From assembly GCA_017517035.1 (NCBI GenBank), contig JAFXAN010000126.1, positions 1 through 53,615 on the forward strand: DNA of 53,615 nucleotides, in the 5' to 3' direction. Source of the DNA: Clostridia bacterium. GTDB taxonomy: Bacteria > Bacillota > Clostridia > Oscillospirales > CAG-272. A program made the translations under genes and the position numbers. Below are positions 1 to 9,612 of the stretch, one piece after another; position 1 is the stretch's first letter; each line of letters begins with the position of its first letter. The notes beneath the pieces were generated by a model that was not told where the DNA came from, did no database searches, and saw only the letters and a program-made list of their open reading frames with translations.

Positions 1-4
1 ATAA

Positions 5-210
5 GGCTCCCCTGTTTTAATAGGGGAGCTGGCACGGCGAAATAACTTGCCGTAGAAAAATAGATACTATTCGCCGTGACTGAAGGGTGTAGCTTGCAAA
101 GTAACTATAAAAAACAAACAAGTTACCTTACACCTCATAAGCCCCTTCCGTCTTTTGCCTTGCGGCAAAATCCACCTCCCCTAATTTTGCTTTGCAAAAT
201 CAGTGGAGGC
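5..210. repeat. REP/REPIN-like inverted doublet of a GC-rich multi-hairpin motif
   Basis: Left unit 5-87 reads ggctcccct-loop-aggggagctgg-[hairpin]-gactgaaggg. The reverse complement of 143-210 reads gcctccact-loop-aggggaggtgg-[hairpin]-gacggaaggg. Confidence 0.65.
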
Positions 211-294
211 TCCCATTCATCCTCATCACCGTCTATTCACCTTTTCAACAGTTCGACAAATATCTATTTGATTGCTGAAAAACTCAAAAACAGA

Positions 295-329
295 AATAAA
301 AATGTGGCAGAGCTTATAAGCTCTGCCAC
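295..329 (-). terminator. Intrinsic terminator downstream of cpsD
   Basis: Perfect palindrome gtggcagagcttataagctctgccac (304-329), followed by a U-rich tail on the minus strand. Confidence 0.75.
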
Positions 330-335
330 GGTGTT

Positions 336-1088
336 TTATTCCTTGTCATTTTTCAGCTTTGCATATTGGCTTTGTTCATAATTGTCATTCTGAACATAAT
401 CACCATATTGCTTATTATAGTTCTTATAACCGAGCAAATATGTTTTATAATTGTAATTTGTTGATTCAGCCATATTAAGAACTGCACCGATCAGGCGACA
501 ACCGCTTCTTGTGAGCTGAGATTTTATCTTTTGAAGCATTCTGTGATTGGTATGGTTTGCAGCAACATTCAAAATTACTCCGTCGCATTGAGCAGCGATT
601 ACAGCAGCGTCAATGACAAGTCCGAGCGGGGGAGTGTCGATTACTATATAATCAAAAATTGTACGGTAATAGTCGAGCATTTCCTCAAATCTCTTGCTTC
701 CCAGAAGTTCAACGGGATTCGGAGGGTAAGGACCGGAAAAGGCAATGAAGAAATCGGGGTACTGGGTTTCGTAAACGATCTGATCGCTTTCTGTCTGACC
801 GGAAAGATAATGGCTCAAACCAACAATTTCATTTTCATTTGTATGCTTTTCAACAAAGACGGATTTTCTCAGATCCGCATCAACGAGAAGCACTTTTTTC
901 CCGGACTCTGCAAGACTTTTTGAAAGCTCCATTGAAACAAAGCTTTTTCCCTCATTCTGACCTGAACTTGTAATTGCGATGACCTTCGTATCAGATCCGC
1001 TGAAAAGAATATTTGTTCTGAGAGTTTTGAAAGCTTCTTTTATCTCATAACGATCCGGAGTTCTTGTGATAAGATTTACGGTTTTCAT
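336..1088 (-). CDS. cpsD: CpsD/CapB-family bacterial tyrosine kinase
   Basis: EAFKTLRTN, Walker A GQNEGKS, VDADLR, IDTPP and a C-terminal Tyr-rich cluster. Confidence 0.92.
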   Translation of the reverse strand: MKTVNLITRTPDRYEIKEAFKTLRTNILFSGSDTKVIAITSSGQNEGKSFVSMELSKSLAESGKKVLLVDADLRKSVFVEKHTNENEIVGLSHYLSGQTESDQIVYETQYPDFFIAFSGPYPPNPVELLGSKRFEEMLDYYRTIFDYIVIDTPPLGLVIDAAVIAAQCDGVILNVAANHTNHRMLQKIKSQLTRSGCRLIGAVLNMAESTNYNYKTYLLGYKNYNKQYGDYVQNDNYEQSQYAKLKNDKE

Positions 1089-1152
1089 TTATCAATAATA
1101 TGCGCGCCTTGGCGTGATCCTTTCAAAAAATAATTGAATTCAACAAAACGAT

Positions 1153-1932
1153 TTATTTTTGGACCTTTTTCTTTACAGCTTTTTTGGAGCGACTCTTCTG
1201 CCTGCGCAGAAGCGACATATCCGGGATTGAGCCGAGAACACAAACGCCCAAAGCCTTTTCAACATCGTCAGGAGTTCGAATGTTGTCATTGAATATATGA
1301 ATAACAACGATTATCGCAGCTGCAAATACAACTCCAACAAATACTGCAAGAATGATATTTTTACTCATAACCGGACTTGAGGGTGCTATCGGAATCTCTC
1401 CGTATTCCTCAATGGTTATATCCTCAACGCCCATAATTTCGATGGCTTTTTTTCTTGAAACCTTGGCAAAAGCATCGACAAGCAGCTTTGCTCTGACCGG
1501 ATCTTTATCGGTCACGGTTATATCAACAAATCTCGTTTCGTTGCTATCGAGAGAAAGCTGACCCTTGAGCGATTTATAGTTTGCGGGATTTTCACCGATA
1601 GATTCAAGAACCTGTCTATAAACTTCATTACTTTTTATAAGTACCTTGAAGTCATCCTTCAGAGTGACTGCACTGTTAAGGTCGCTTATTGAGGTCGAAA
1701 GTGAACTCTGTCTGTTAAGTATGTAAACTCTTGCAGTGGAATTATAAAGCGGTGTTGCCATTTCTGCCGTGTAATAATATGCGGCAACAGCAGCTAAAAG
1801 CCCCGCAAGAATCAAAACCCAGAATTTGCCCAAAACAGCGGCAATAAGCTCCCCTATCGAAATTTCAAATTTAGATTTTTCTTCAAAAACATAGTTTGAA
1901 GAATTGGCATTGTTCAAGTTTTCGGATTTCAC
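1153..1932 (-). CDS. cpsC: CpsC/CapA (Wzz-like) polysaccharide co-polymerase / kinase activator
   Basis: Two TM segments, P-x-Y-x-S motif, Pro-rich PIAPSSP, and DVEKALGVCVLGSIP tail; adjacent to cpsD. Confidence 0.9.
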   Translation of the reverse strand: MKSENLNNANSSNYVFEEKSKFEISIGELIAAVLGKFWVLILAGLLAAVAAYYYTAEMATPLYNSTARVYILNRQSSLSTSISDLNSAVTLKDDFKVLIKSNEVYRQVLESIGENPANYKSLKGQLSLDSNETRFVDITVTDKDPVRAKLLVDAFAKVSRKKAIEIMGVEDITIEEYGEIPIAPSSPVMSKNIILAVFVGVVFAAAIIVVIHIFNDNIRTPDDVEKALGVCVLGSIPDMSLLRRQKSRSKKAVKKKVQK

Positions 1933-1980
1933 AATTTTTACCTCACTCTATATATAAATAATAGAATAAATCACTAATGT

Positions 1981-2009
1981 ATTATAACATAATCTCATTC
2001 CGAATGCAA
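1981..2009 (-). promoter_or_regulatory. Sigma-A promoter for cpsCD
   Basis: TTGCAT-17 bp-TATAAT with extended TG on the minus strand. Confidence 0.7.
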
Positions 2010-2109
2010 CAGTTTTTACAAAAAAAAAGAAAAAACAGAAAAAATCCAATAAAAAATTAAAAAAGTATTAAATTTTTTGACAAAATGCGATAGAAAATAC
2101 GATCATAGC

Positions 2110-2138
2110 TTGACATTGGAAGAAAAATATGTTATGAT
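2110..2138 (+). promoter_or_regulatory. Sigma-A promoter for the SLH gene
   Basis: TTGACA-17 bp-TATGAT with extended TG. Confidence 0.75.
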
Positions 2139-2305
2139 AGAGTGTAAATTCCGTAATTGGCTCGTTATGTCGAATAGCAATCTCGGATATTTCCGAGAAA
2201 AAACACTTTTTGATTTTTCTTGCCAAAAACGGAAACATTTTCGGGGATGAATCCGTCATTTACGGATGGATGATTCCAAAACAAAATTTACGGAGGTAAA
2301 ATTTT

Positions 2306-5300
2306 ATGAGAAAAACACTCACAAGAGTATTTGCTTCGCTTCTTTGCATAGCAATGCTCGCAACCTGCGCTTTCATGGCTTCTGCTGCGGAAGAATTTTC
2401 CGATGTGAAGAGCAGTAACTGGTTCTATGACTATGTTACTTACATGGCAAGTAAGGGCATTATTAACGGTTATCCCGACGGAACATTCGGTCCCAATAAG
2501 AATGTTAATCGTTCCGAGTTCGTAACAATGATGGTTAACACCTTCGGTCTCACAGCCGAGAAATCCATCAACTACAATGATGTAAAGAGCTCGAATTGGT
2601 ACTATGATTATTATAGCAAGGCTGCGGCACAGGGATTCCTTACCGAAGTCTTCACAGGAAACACAATGCGTCCCACAGAGGAGCTTACCCGTGAGGAAGC
2701 AGCAGCTCTCCTTATGGCTTATATGGAGTATCCCGAGGACGAAAAGGCTTCAACCTCAAAGTTTGAGGACTATGATGAGATTTCTTCGTCATATAAGGAC
2801 TATGTTCTTCAGGCTGCAAAGGCAGGTATCATCGACGGTATTGAAGAGGATGGAGATTTCTATTTCCGCCCCGATGATACTCTTACCCGTGCACAGGCTG
2901 CAAAGATCCTTTCTGTTGCTGCCGGTACTATCGCAGATGATGATATCGAGGACGAACTTGAGTCCGGAGTTAGCGAAAATCTTGTTGTAACAAAAGCTTG
3001 CACGATCGAAAATATTGATATCCCCGGTAATGTAATAATCGCAGAGGGCGCAACAGGTACGGTTACTTTCATGAATTGTGATATTGAAGGAACAGTTTCT
3101 GTTCGTTCGAAGGCAAAGGTTGTTTTCACAAACGGCTATGTTGAAGAAATCAATCTTGATATTGTTTCCGCAAATATTGTGGTTAAGCAGTCTGTTGAGG
3201 TTGACACCATCAATGCTTATAATGCCAGTGCAACAATTGCAGTTGAAACAGACGCATCTGTTTCACAGCTCAATGTTCATAGTGGCTCCAATAGCGTTAA
3301 GGTCACAGGCACAAGCGGTGAGATCGAAACTCTTGTTGTGAAGGCTAATTCCTTCACTTCTACCATTACTCCCGATGAGTGCGAGGTGGATAGCAGCGTT
3401 TCGGCAACTATAGGTGGCGTTTCTTACAAGAATGGTCTTAAAGGCAATATTACATCATATTGGGATGATGGAAAGGAATACCTCAGCTTTGAGACTTATA
3501 AGGATGGATCTATCCAGTATTATTATTTGACATCTTCATCTGTATCAAAGGCGAATTTTGCGACAGGATACAAGAATGCAACAAAGAAAGGTGCTATCAC
3601 TGTGAAGAACGGTGAGTCGATGAAGAAAGAAATCGCAGGTGACACTGTAAGTACAAGTGACTTTAAGTATGTTGCTGTTGCTTTTGTTAATGATACTACT
3701 GTTCTGAGCGACCCCGTAGTTATCAACCGCACCAATACCAAGCTCAGCTTCTCAGGTACACCTACTATTACTGATTCTAACGGCAAGGACTATCTTAAGG
3801 GTACAGCAGCTACTACAGGTACACTTTATTACTACTATACTTCTTCATCTACCGTGCCTGCTTCATATTCTGAGGCAGAAACAGCTTACATTGTTGCAGA
3901 AAGCGCATATAAGGGCACTATTTCTGCAAAATCCACATCTGTTGCAAGTGCGCTCAAGGTTGAGTCTACAGATGCAAGCTATGAATATATTGTAGTATAC
4001 CTTAGAGGTGATAATGATCGCAAATATGATCCCGTTATTATCAAGAAAACCATAAAGGTAGAAACTCCCAAGTTTGCGCCTTATATTCTCACAACAAGTG
4101 AGGATGGCTATGATTATCTTGTGATCACACATACAGCAAAGGCTCTCGTTAAGATCCTTTACAATGATAGTGCAATGAACTATGACGGATCTGCTTTCGA
4201 TGCTGAATATAATGCAAATAACAAGACTCCCACAGATGGATCCACTAAGCTTTCATATTCGGGTTATACGGAAGCAAATAAGGAAACAAGAATCAAGCTT
4301 GCAAAGAGTAGCGAGGTTAATGGCTACAGTACTGCACTTGTCAGAATAGGAAGTTCTGCACCTGAAAAGATTGACAGAATAGATGATGCAGATGGATTTA
4401 ATGACAATGCAATTCCGTCAGCTCTCAAAACAACAGGTAAGGATATCATTGCATTTACTCCTTATGCCGGCGCAAAACACGGCGATAAGGTTATGTATAT
4501 GTATGTAAGCGCAAGCAAAAACTATACAAGTGAAGCATTCCTTGAAGCATATGCAGATGTTGCAGATGAACTTAAAGGAACTGTTGATGCCACCGGCGGT
4601 TATTATAAATTCTCCTCAGACGAGAAGAGCTCGGATATCAGCGAAGGTTATATTGCATTTATGTTCATTGGTTCGGGCAGAAATTATCAGCCTGTAACTG
4701 TTGCTCGAGGAACCATTGGTACATGTATCCAAGGAGAACCTGTTGTAGTTTATGATGTTGATGCAGGTACTGCACTCATAACCTTGAATGCAAAGGTTCC
4801 GTTTACTCTTCAGTACTTCCCTATTGATGAGAATATATACAGCATGGAACTTTTGGCTGTTATGTTCAACTCGGGAAGAATGCCTGATGGAGAAACTCCG
4901 CTTAATATTGGAAAACTTGATTCCGGCTCGAGTACAACCAACAAGGTTGTTGCCGGTAAAAATGAAAACCTTGATCTTAATGAGAATAAAACTGTTGTTG
5001 CTGAAACCAGCAAATACCTTGCAATAAGAGCAGTTTCGGAAAACGGCGCAACAAATTACAATCCTATGGTTGTCGCAATCAAAACTATTGATGACGGAAT
5101 TGTTGGTGGAGCTACTCCCGATATCAGCTTCGCTTCGGATGACGGTAAGATCGAAATTACCATCAATGCTTCGAAAAATGCCGAGGGTAAGATATTCAAA
5201 TTCTGGTATACTAATACAGAACCCAAGACCGAAGCACAGTATAATGCAATATTTAAGGAAACAAAGAATTCCGGTTCTTGGCCTATAGGTTCGATTTTGA

Positions 5301-5785
5301 CATCCACAAGCTTTGAAGCAGGTAAATGGATCGATTTGGCTGATTACAAGTACCTTGTTTATAAGGTTGTTGACAGTACCGGAAAGAGCATGACTCCGGG
5401 CTATAAGACTATACCTGTGAAGTTTAGGGCAAACGCAGATATCAAAGCAGACGGTACAACGCTTTCTTTGATCCATGTTAAACCGTGCGATACTGAAAAA
5501 TATACTGTTTATTGGTTCTACAGCACGACCGAGGTTGCAGTTACCCGTTCTAATTTCAATAGCAAATATAGCTCTGTAGCTAATGCATACAAGGGTTCAA
5601 AAACCGATGTTAAGGTTTCGAGTGCAAACAACGAGGACTTCCCGATTGTTACAAACTTTGCACAGCCTGAAGGTACAAACGCTGTTAAGTATAAGTATAT
5701 TTATGTATGTCTCTATGATACAACTCTGAAAAAATTCTATCAGCCTGTTGAACTTAAGGTTCCCGGAACATATACAATCGGTTGA
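2306..5785 (+). CDS. SLH-domain surface protein, probable S-layer protein
   Basis: Signal peptide ending ASA; three N-terminal SLH motifs (FSDV..W, IINGYPDGTFGPN, FRPDDTLTRAQAA); Ser/Thr-rich repeated domains; strong RBS ggaggt; own promoter and terminator. Confidence 0.88.
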   Translation: MRKTLTRVFASLLCIAMLATCAFMASAAEEFSDVKSSNWFYDYVTYMASKGIINGYPDGTFGPNKNVNRSEFVTMMVNTFGLTAEKSINYNDVKSSNWYYDYYSKAAAQGFLTEVFTGNTMRPTEELTREEAAALLMAYMEYPEDEKASTSKFEDYDEISSSYKDYVLQAAKAGIIDGIEEDGDFYFRPDDTLTRAQAAKILSVAAGTIADDDIEDELESGVSENLVVTKACTIENIDIPGNVIIAEGATGTVTFMNCDIEGTVSVRSKAKVVFTNGYVEEINLDIVSANIVVKQSVEVDTINAYNASATIAVETDASVSQLNVHSGSNSVKVTGTSGEIETLVVKANSFTSTITPDECEVDSSVSATIGGVSYKNGLKGNITSYWDDGKEYLSFETYKDGSIQYYYLTSSSVSKANFATGYKNATKKGAITVKNGESMKKEIAGDTVSTSDFKYVAVAFVNDTTVLSDPVVINRTNTKLSFSGTPTITDSNGKDYLKGTAATTGTLYYYYTSSSTVPASYSEAETAYIVAESAYKGTISAKSTSVASALKVESTDASYEYIVVYLRGDNDRKYDPVIIKKTIKVETPKFAPYILTTSEDGYDYLVITHTAKALVKILYNDSAMNYDGSAFDAEYNANNKTPTDGSTKLSYSGYTEANKETRIKLAKSSEVNGYSTALVRIGSSAPEKIDRIDDADGFNDNAIPSALKTTGKDIIAFTPYAGAKHGDKVMYMYVSASKNYTSEAFLEAYADVADELKGTVDATGGYYKFSSDEKSSDISEGYIAFMFIGSGRNYQPVTVARGTIGTCIQGEPVVVYDVDAGTALITLNAKVPFTLQYFPIDENIYSMELLAVMFNSGRMPDGETPLNIGKLDSGSSTTNKVVAGKNENLDLNENKTVVAETSKYLAIRAVSENGATNYNPMVVAIKTIDDGIVGGATPDISFASDDGKIEITINASKNAEGKIFKFWYTNTEPKTEAQYNAIFKETKNSGSWPIGSILTSTSFEAGKWIDLADYKYLVYKVVDSTGKSMTPGYKTIPVKFRANADIKADGTTLSLIHVKPCDTEKYTVYWFYSTTEVAVTRSNFNSKYSSVANAYKGSKTDVKVSSANNEDFPIVTNFAQPEGTNAVKYKYIYVCLYDTTLKKFYQPVELKVPGTYTIG

Positions 5786-5799
5786 TGATTTTTCCACAC

Positions 5800-5830
5800 G
5801 GACTGCCGCATAATGCGGCAGTCCTTTTTT
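5800..5830 (+). terminator. Intrinsic terminator
   Basis: ggactgccgca-taa-tgcggcagtcc followed by tttttt. Confidence 0.9.
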
Positions 5831-5983
5831 GCGCCATGACCTTAAGGTATTTTGAACAATGAAAAAATGCCGTTTTTGTCCAATATCTCCAATGGTTTTG
5901 TGTTTTTAAATAGTTTAAAAGGGTAAAAAACGATGTTTTTTTTATATTTTGGCAAAAAAATTTGTAAAAATGTAAAAAAACCT

Positions 5984-6012
5984 TTGACAAATGGCTTCGA
6001 TTGGTGTATAAT
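5984..6012 (+). promoter_or_regulatory. Consensus sigma-A promoter upstream of rsmE
   Basis: TTGACA-17 bp-TATAAT. Confidence 0.85.
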
Positions 6013-6085
6013 ATTGTATGTATATGTGTATAGGGGGAGTTTTGCGCTTTTTTTAGCACATTCTCTCACATAGTGGAGATATTTT

Positions 6086-6844
6086 ATGCCAAGATTTTTT
6101 GTTCCAAAAGAAAATTTTGATTTTGAAAACAACAAGGTCAGTATCATAGGTGAGGATGCAAGGCATATTTCCTTCTCTCTTCGAAAGGCTGTGGGGGATC
6201 GTATAACGGTTTCAAACGGCATTGATGCTGAATATGAGTGCGTTCTTGAACGCTTTGAAAATGAAAAGGTTTTCTGCAGGATAGAGAGCGCAAAGGAGCT
6301 TGAAACAGAGCCACCCTTCATCGCAAAAATTTATCAGGCACTCCCAAAGGGGGACAAGCTTGATACGATCATTCAAAAATCGACCGAGTGCGGTGCTTCG
6401 CTTATCGGAACCTTTGAAAGCGAATTTTGCATAGCAAAGGAAAAATCCGATTCAGCCGAAAGAAAGCTGGAGCGCAGACGCAGGATCGCCTATGAAGCTG
6501 CAAAGCAATGCGGAAGAGGAAAGATCCCCGAGGTGTGTGCCACGGTGGATTTTAAAACCGCTGTCAAAGAAGCGTCAAAGGCGGATATCCCGATCTTTTG
6601 TTATGAAGGCGATGGGACTGCTCCTCTCGGTGAACTTCTTCGTTTTTCGAGGAAAAAGATCGACGGCAAAAAATGTCCGGAAATTTCAGTAATTATAGGC
6701 TCTGAGGGCGGCTTTTCACCCGAGGAAGCAAATTTTGCAAAGGAAAACGGTATGCTTATGGCGGGGCTCGGAAGAAGGATCCTTCGTTGCGAGACTGTGG
6801 CGGGCTTTGTGCTTGCTTGCCTCGTTTATGAGCTTGAACTGTGA
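6086..6844 (+). CDS. rsmE: 16S rRNA m3U1498 methyltransferase
   Basis: MPRFF start, EAAKQCGR, IGSEGGFS, LGRRILRCET. Confidence 0.96.
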   Translation: MPRFFVPKENFDFENNKVSIIGEDARHISFSLRKAVGDRITVSNGIDAEYECVLERFENEKVFCRIESAKELETEPPFIAKIYQALPKGDKLDTIIQKSTECGASLIGTFESEFCIAKEKSDSAERKLERRRRIAYEAAKQCGRGKIPEVCATVDFKTAVKEASKADIPIFCYEGDGTAPLGELLRFSRKKIDGKKCPEISVIIGSEGGFSPEEANFAKENGMLMAGLGRRILRCETVAGFVLACLVYELEL

Positions 6845-6861
6845 AAAAATGGAGTATGGTT

Positions 6862-7611
6862 ATGGCAAAAAAGGTTAATGACTCAAAAATAAAAAGATCC
6901 GACGTTCTCTATTACAGAATGTTGATTGTGTTGGCTGCACTGATCGCTGTGATCTTCAGCATCACTTATGCAACTCGCACCGCAGAAGGAAGCAATAGCT
7001 TCATTATGATCGGAGCACCTATCACTGCAGTGGTGTTTGCCGTGCTTTGCGTGCCGGCTGTGATTTTTTATGCCGTTTGCAGAAAGAAAGGCATAAATGA
7101 AAGAAACAGAGTGTTCTCAAGCGGGTATCTTCTCTTGCTCACTCTGTGGCTCACATCTGTTTTTGCCCTTTACGGTCCGCTCAGCTCAAAGGCTGCCATG
7201 GCTTATATAATCGTTACTGCGGCTCTTTATTACATTTACTATATCTTTAAAAAAGAATTTTTCGTGCTTTCCGTTTATGCTTCACTCGGAGCTGCATTGC
7301 TTCTCTCGATAAATTCTGCAAGAACGGTTGAGCATATTATTTCAGCTATTCTTTCTGTGCTTATCAGCGCAGCAGTGCTTTGGGCAGTTGCAAGAGACAA
7401 GAAAAAAGCATTGACGCTCAAGATTGGCAAGGGAACGGTAGGTATAACCGACGGAAGCTTTAAGCTTTATCCTTTTGCGGTTCTTGCCTTGGTTATAGTT
7501 CTTGGTGCTTTGCTTAGCTTTTTCATGGCAAATGTCGCATTCTATTCACTTGTAATTCTTTTCGCAGCATACCTTATCTTTACCATAGTAAACACGGTAA
7601 AGATGATGTGA
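6862..7611 (+). CDS. Multi-pass membrane protein of unknown function
   Basis: About 8 hydrophobic segments; RBS ggag precedes ATG 6862. Confidence 0.75.
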   Translation: MAKKVNDSKIKRSDVLYYRMLIVLAALIAVIFSITYATRTAEGSNSFIMIGAPITAVVFAVLCVPAVIFYAVCRKKGINERNRVFSSGYLLLLTLWLTSVFALYGPLSSKAAMAYIIVTAALYYIYYIFKKEFFVLSVYASLGAALLLSINSARTVEHIISAILSVLISAAVLWAVARDKKKALTLKIGKGTVGITDGSFKLYPFAVLALVIVLGALLSFFMANVAFYSLVILFAAYLIFTIVNTVKMM

Positions 7612-7676
7612 AATGCGTCGTAATAGAGTAAAATTCCGAAATATCAAATCATGAGATAAGGATTGGGAGAAAAGAT

Positions 7677-8762
7677 ATGTCTAACAGATTGTTTCAGAGC
7701 GTAATTCATCAGATGAAGGATGCGGTAGACCGCACTATAGGTGTCATTGACGAAAACAATGTAATAATTGCTTGCTCCGAGCTTGTTAAGATCGGTGAGG
7801 TGATGCAGGGTGTCCGCGAAGAAATGGTTTATTCCGCAGAGGTCGTAACTGTCGGCGGTTATACATACAGACCCATTTCTGCGGGAGCAAAGGCAGAATA
7901 TGTAATATTTGTTGAGGGCGAGGATAAGATGGCCGATAAGTTCTCAAAGCTTCTTGCTATCGCACTCGGAAATATCAAGAACTATTATGATGAAAAATAC
8001 GATAAGGGATCGTTTATCAAGAATATCATTCTCGATAATATTCTCCCCAGCGATATTTATATAAAGAGTAAGGAGCTTCATTTCAACACCGATGAGAGCA
8101 GACTTGTTTTCCTCATTAAGTTTGACGGAAAGACAGATGTTATGCCCTTTGAAATGCTCCAGAATATGTTCCCCGATAAGACAAAGGATTATGTTATAAG
8201 TGTTGGCGAGCATGATATAGTCCTCGTTAAGGATATGAAGCCGGGAACCGATACAAAGGAGATCGAAAAGATCGCAACGACCATTGCAGATACTCTCCAG
8301 ACAGAGTTCTATGCAAAGGTATCCATCGGTATCTCGACCATGGTAGATAATATCAAGGATCTTGCAAAGGCATATAAGGAAGCACAGGTTGCACTTGAGG
8401 TCGGCAAGGTATTCGAAACAGAAAAGAATATCGTAAGCTATGAGAACCTCGGTATTGGCCGTCTTATTTATCAGCTTCCCACAACTCTTTGCGAAATGTT
8501 CCTCCAGGAAGTCTTCAAGAAGGGCGGATTTGAATCTCTCGACAGAGAAACTCTCCAGACCATTCAGGCATTCTTTGAAAACAACCTCAATGTTTCGGAA
8601 ACCTCGAGAAAGCTTTTCGTGCATAGAAACACACTCGTTTACCGACTCGAGAAGATCCGCAAGCTCACAGGTCTTGACCTTCGTGAGTTTGAGCACGCTA
8701 TAACATTTAAGGTTGCCCTGATGGTTAAGAAGTATCTCAGCTCCAAGCCCGCTAAGCTCTGA
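7677..8762 (+). CDS. CdaR/PucR-family transcriptional regulator
   Basis: C-terminal HTH NLNVSETSRKLFVHRNTLVYRLEKI; N-terminal sugar-diacid-recognition-like region. Confidence 0.92.
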   Translation: MSNRLFQSVIHQMKDAVDRTIGVIDENNVIIACSELVKIGEVMQGVREEMVYSAEVVTVGGYTYRPISAGAKAEYVIFVEGEDKMADKFSKLLAIALGNIKNYYDEKYDKGSFIKNIILDNILPSDIYIKSKELHFNTDESRLVFLIKFDGKTDVMPFEMLQNMFPDKTKDYVISVGEHDIVLVKDMKPGTDTKEIEKIATTIADTLQTEFYAKVSIGISTMVDNIKDLAKAYKEAQVALEVGKVFETEKNIVSYENLGIGRLIYQLPTTLCEMFLQEVFKKGGFESLDRETLQTIQAFFENNLNVSETSRKLFVHRNTLVYRLEKIRKLTGLDLREFEHAITFKVALMVKKYLSSKPAKL

Positions 8763-8928
8763 TAATACATTCATAGTGGCAGTAACAATGTGAAACATCA
8801 TTATGAGGAACGCATTGTGTGCGTTCGTCGGTCTTTGCCGCCTATTCGCATACGCGTTCCTCATTTTTTGCCCGAAGTAATGCGCATATGTGCGCCTGCC
8901 CGGATCAAAGAAAGGATTAATTAGCTTA

Positions 8929-9612
8929 ATGATTGAGTTCAAAAATGTCAGAAGTATCTATAAAAGAAATAATCATGTTGCGCTTGATGATGTGAGCTTC
9001 AGAATCGAGGATGGAGAATTTGTTTTCATCGTCGGTCATTCGGGAGCCGGAAAGACAACAATGACAAAGCTTCTTCTCCGTGAAATGGTGCCAACATCGG
9101 GATCTATTACGGTTAATAATTACAATCTCAAGAAGATGCCCAAATTCAAGGTTGCAAAATACCGCAGAAGTCTCGGCGTCGTTTTCCAGGATTTTAAGCT
9201 TTTTCCTCAGAAAACCGTTTATGAGAATGTGGCGTTTGCAATGCAGGTGGTCGGAACTCCCAAGGCGCTCATTGCAAGACGAGTTCCTGCAATCCTCAAG
9301 TCCATGGGACTTATTGATAAGGCAAAGAACATCCCCGAGGAGCTTTCGGGAGGCGAGCAGCAGAGAGTTGCCATTGCGAGAGCCATTGCAAATACTCCCG
9401 ATATAATCATCGCCGATGAGCCGACGGGAAATATCGACCCTCAGATGGCGGCGGAGATCATGGAGCTTCTTGTTTGGATAAATCAGAAATTCGGAAAGAC
9501 CGTGGTTGTGGTTACTCATGCGGAAAATCTTGTCAATACATATCAAAACAGGGTTATTCGCCTTGATCACGGTAAGGTTACAAGCGATAGAGTGGGAGGC
9601 ATGTTTGAATGA
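8929..9612 (+). CDS. ftsE: Cell division ATP-binding protein FtsE
   Basis: GHSGAGKT, VVFQDFKL, LSGGEQQR, IADEPTGN; upstream of ftsX; RBS aaagga before ATG 8929. Confidence 0.93.
   Translation: MIEFKNVRSIYKRNNHVALDDVSFRIEDGEFVFIVGHSGAGKTTMTKLLLREMVPTSGSITVNNYNLKKMPKFKVAKYRRSLGVVFQDFKLFPQKTVYENVAFAMQVVGTPKALIARRVPAILKSMGLIDKAKNIPEELSGGEQQRVAIARAIANTPDIIIADEPTGNIDPQMAAEIMELLVWINQKFGKTVVVVTHAENLVNTYQNRVIRLDHGKVTSDRVGGMFE

Noticed and set aside
76-381. 101-aa ORF at the window start
   Set aside because: It overlaps the repeat element and the cpsD terminator; no RBS and no protein-like features.
4616-5476. 286-aa minus-strand ORF
   Set aside because: Antisense shadow of the SLH gene.
7944-8942. 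332-aa minus-strand ORF
   Set aside because: Mostly antisense to the well-supported CdaR-like gene; no motifs; a codon-bias shadow.
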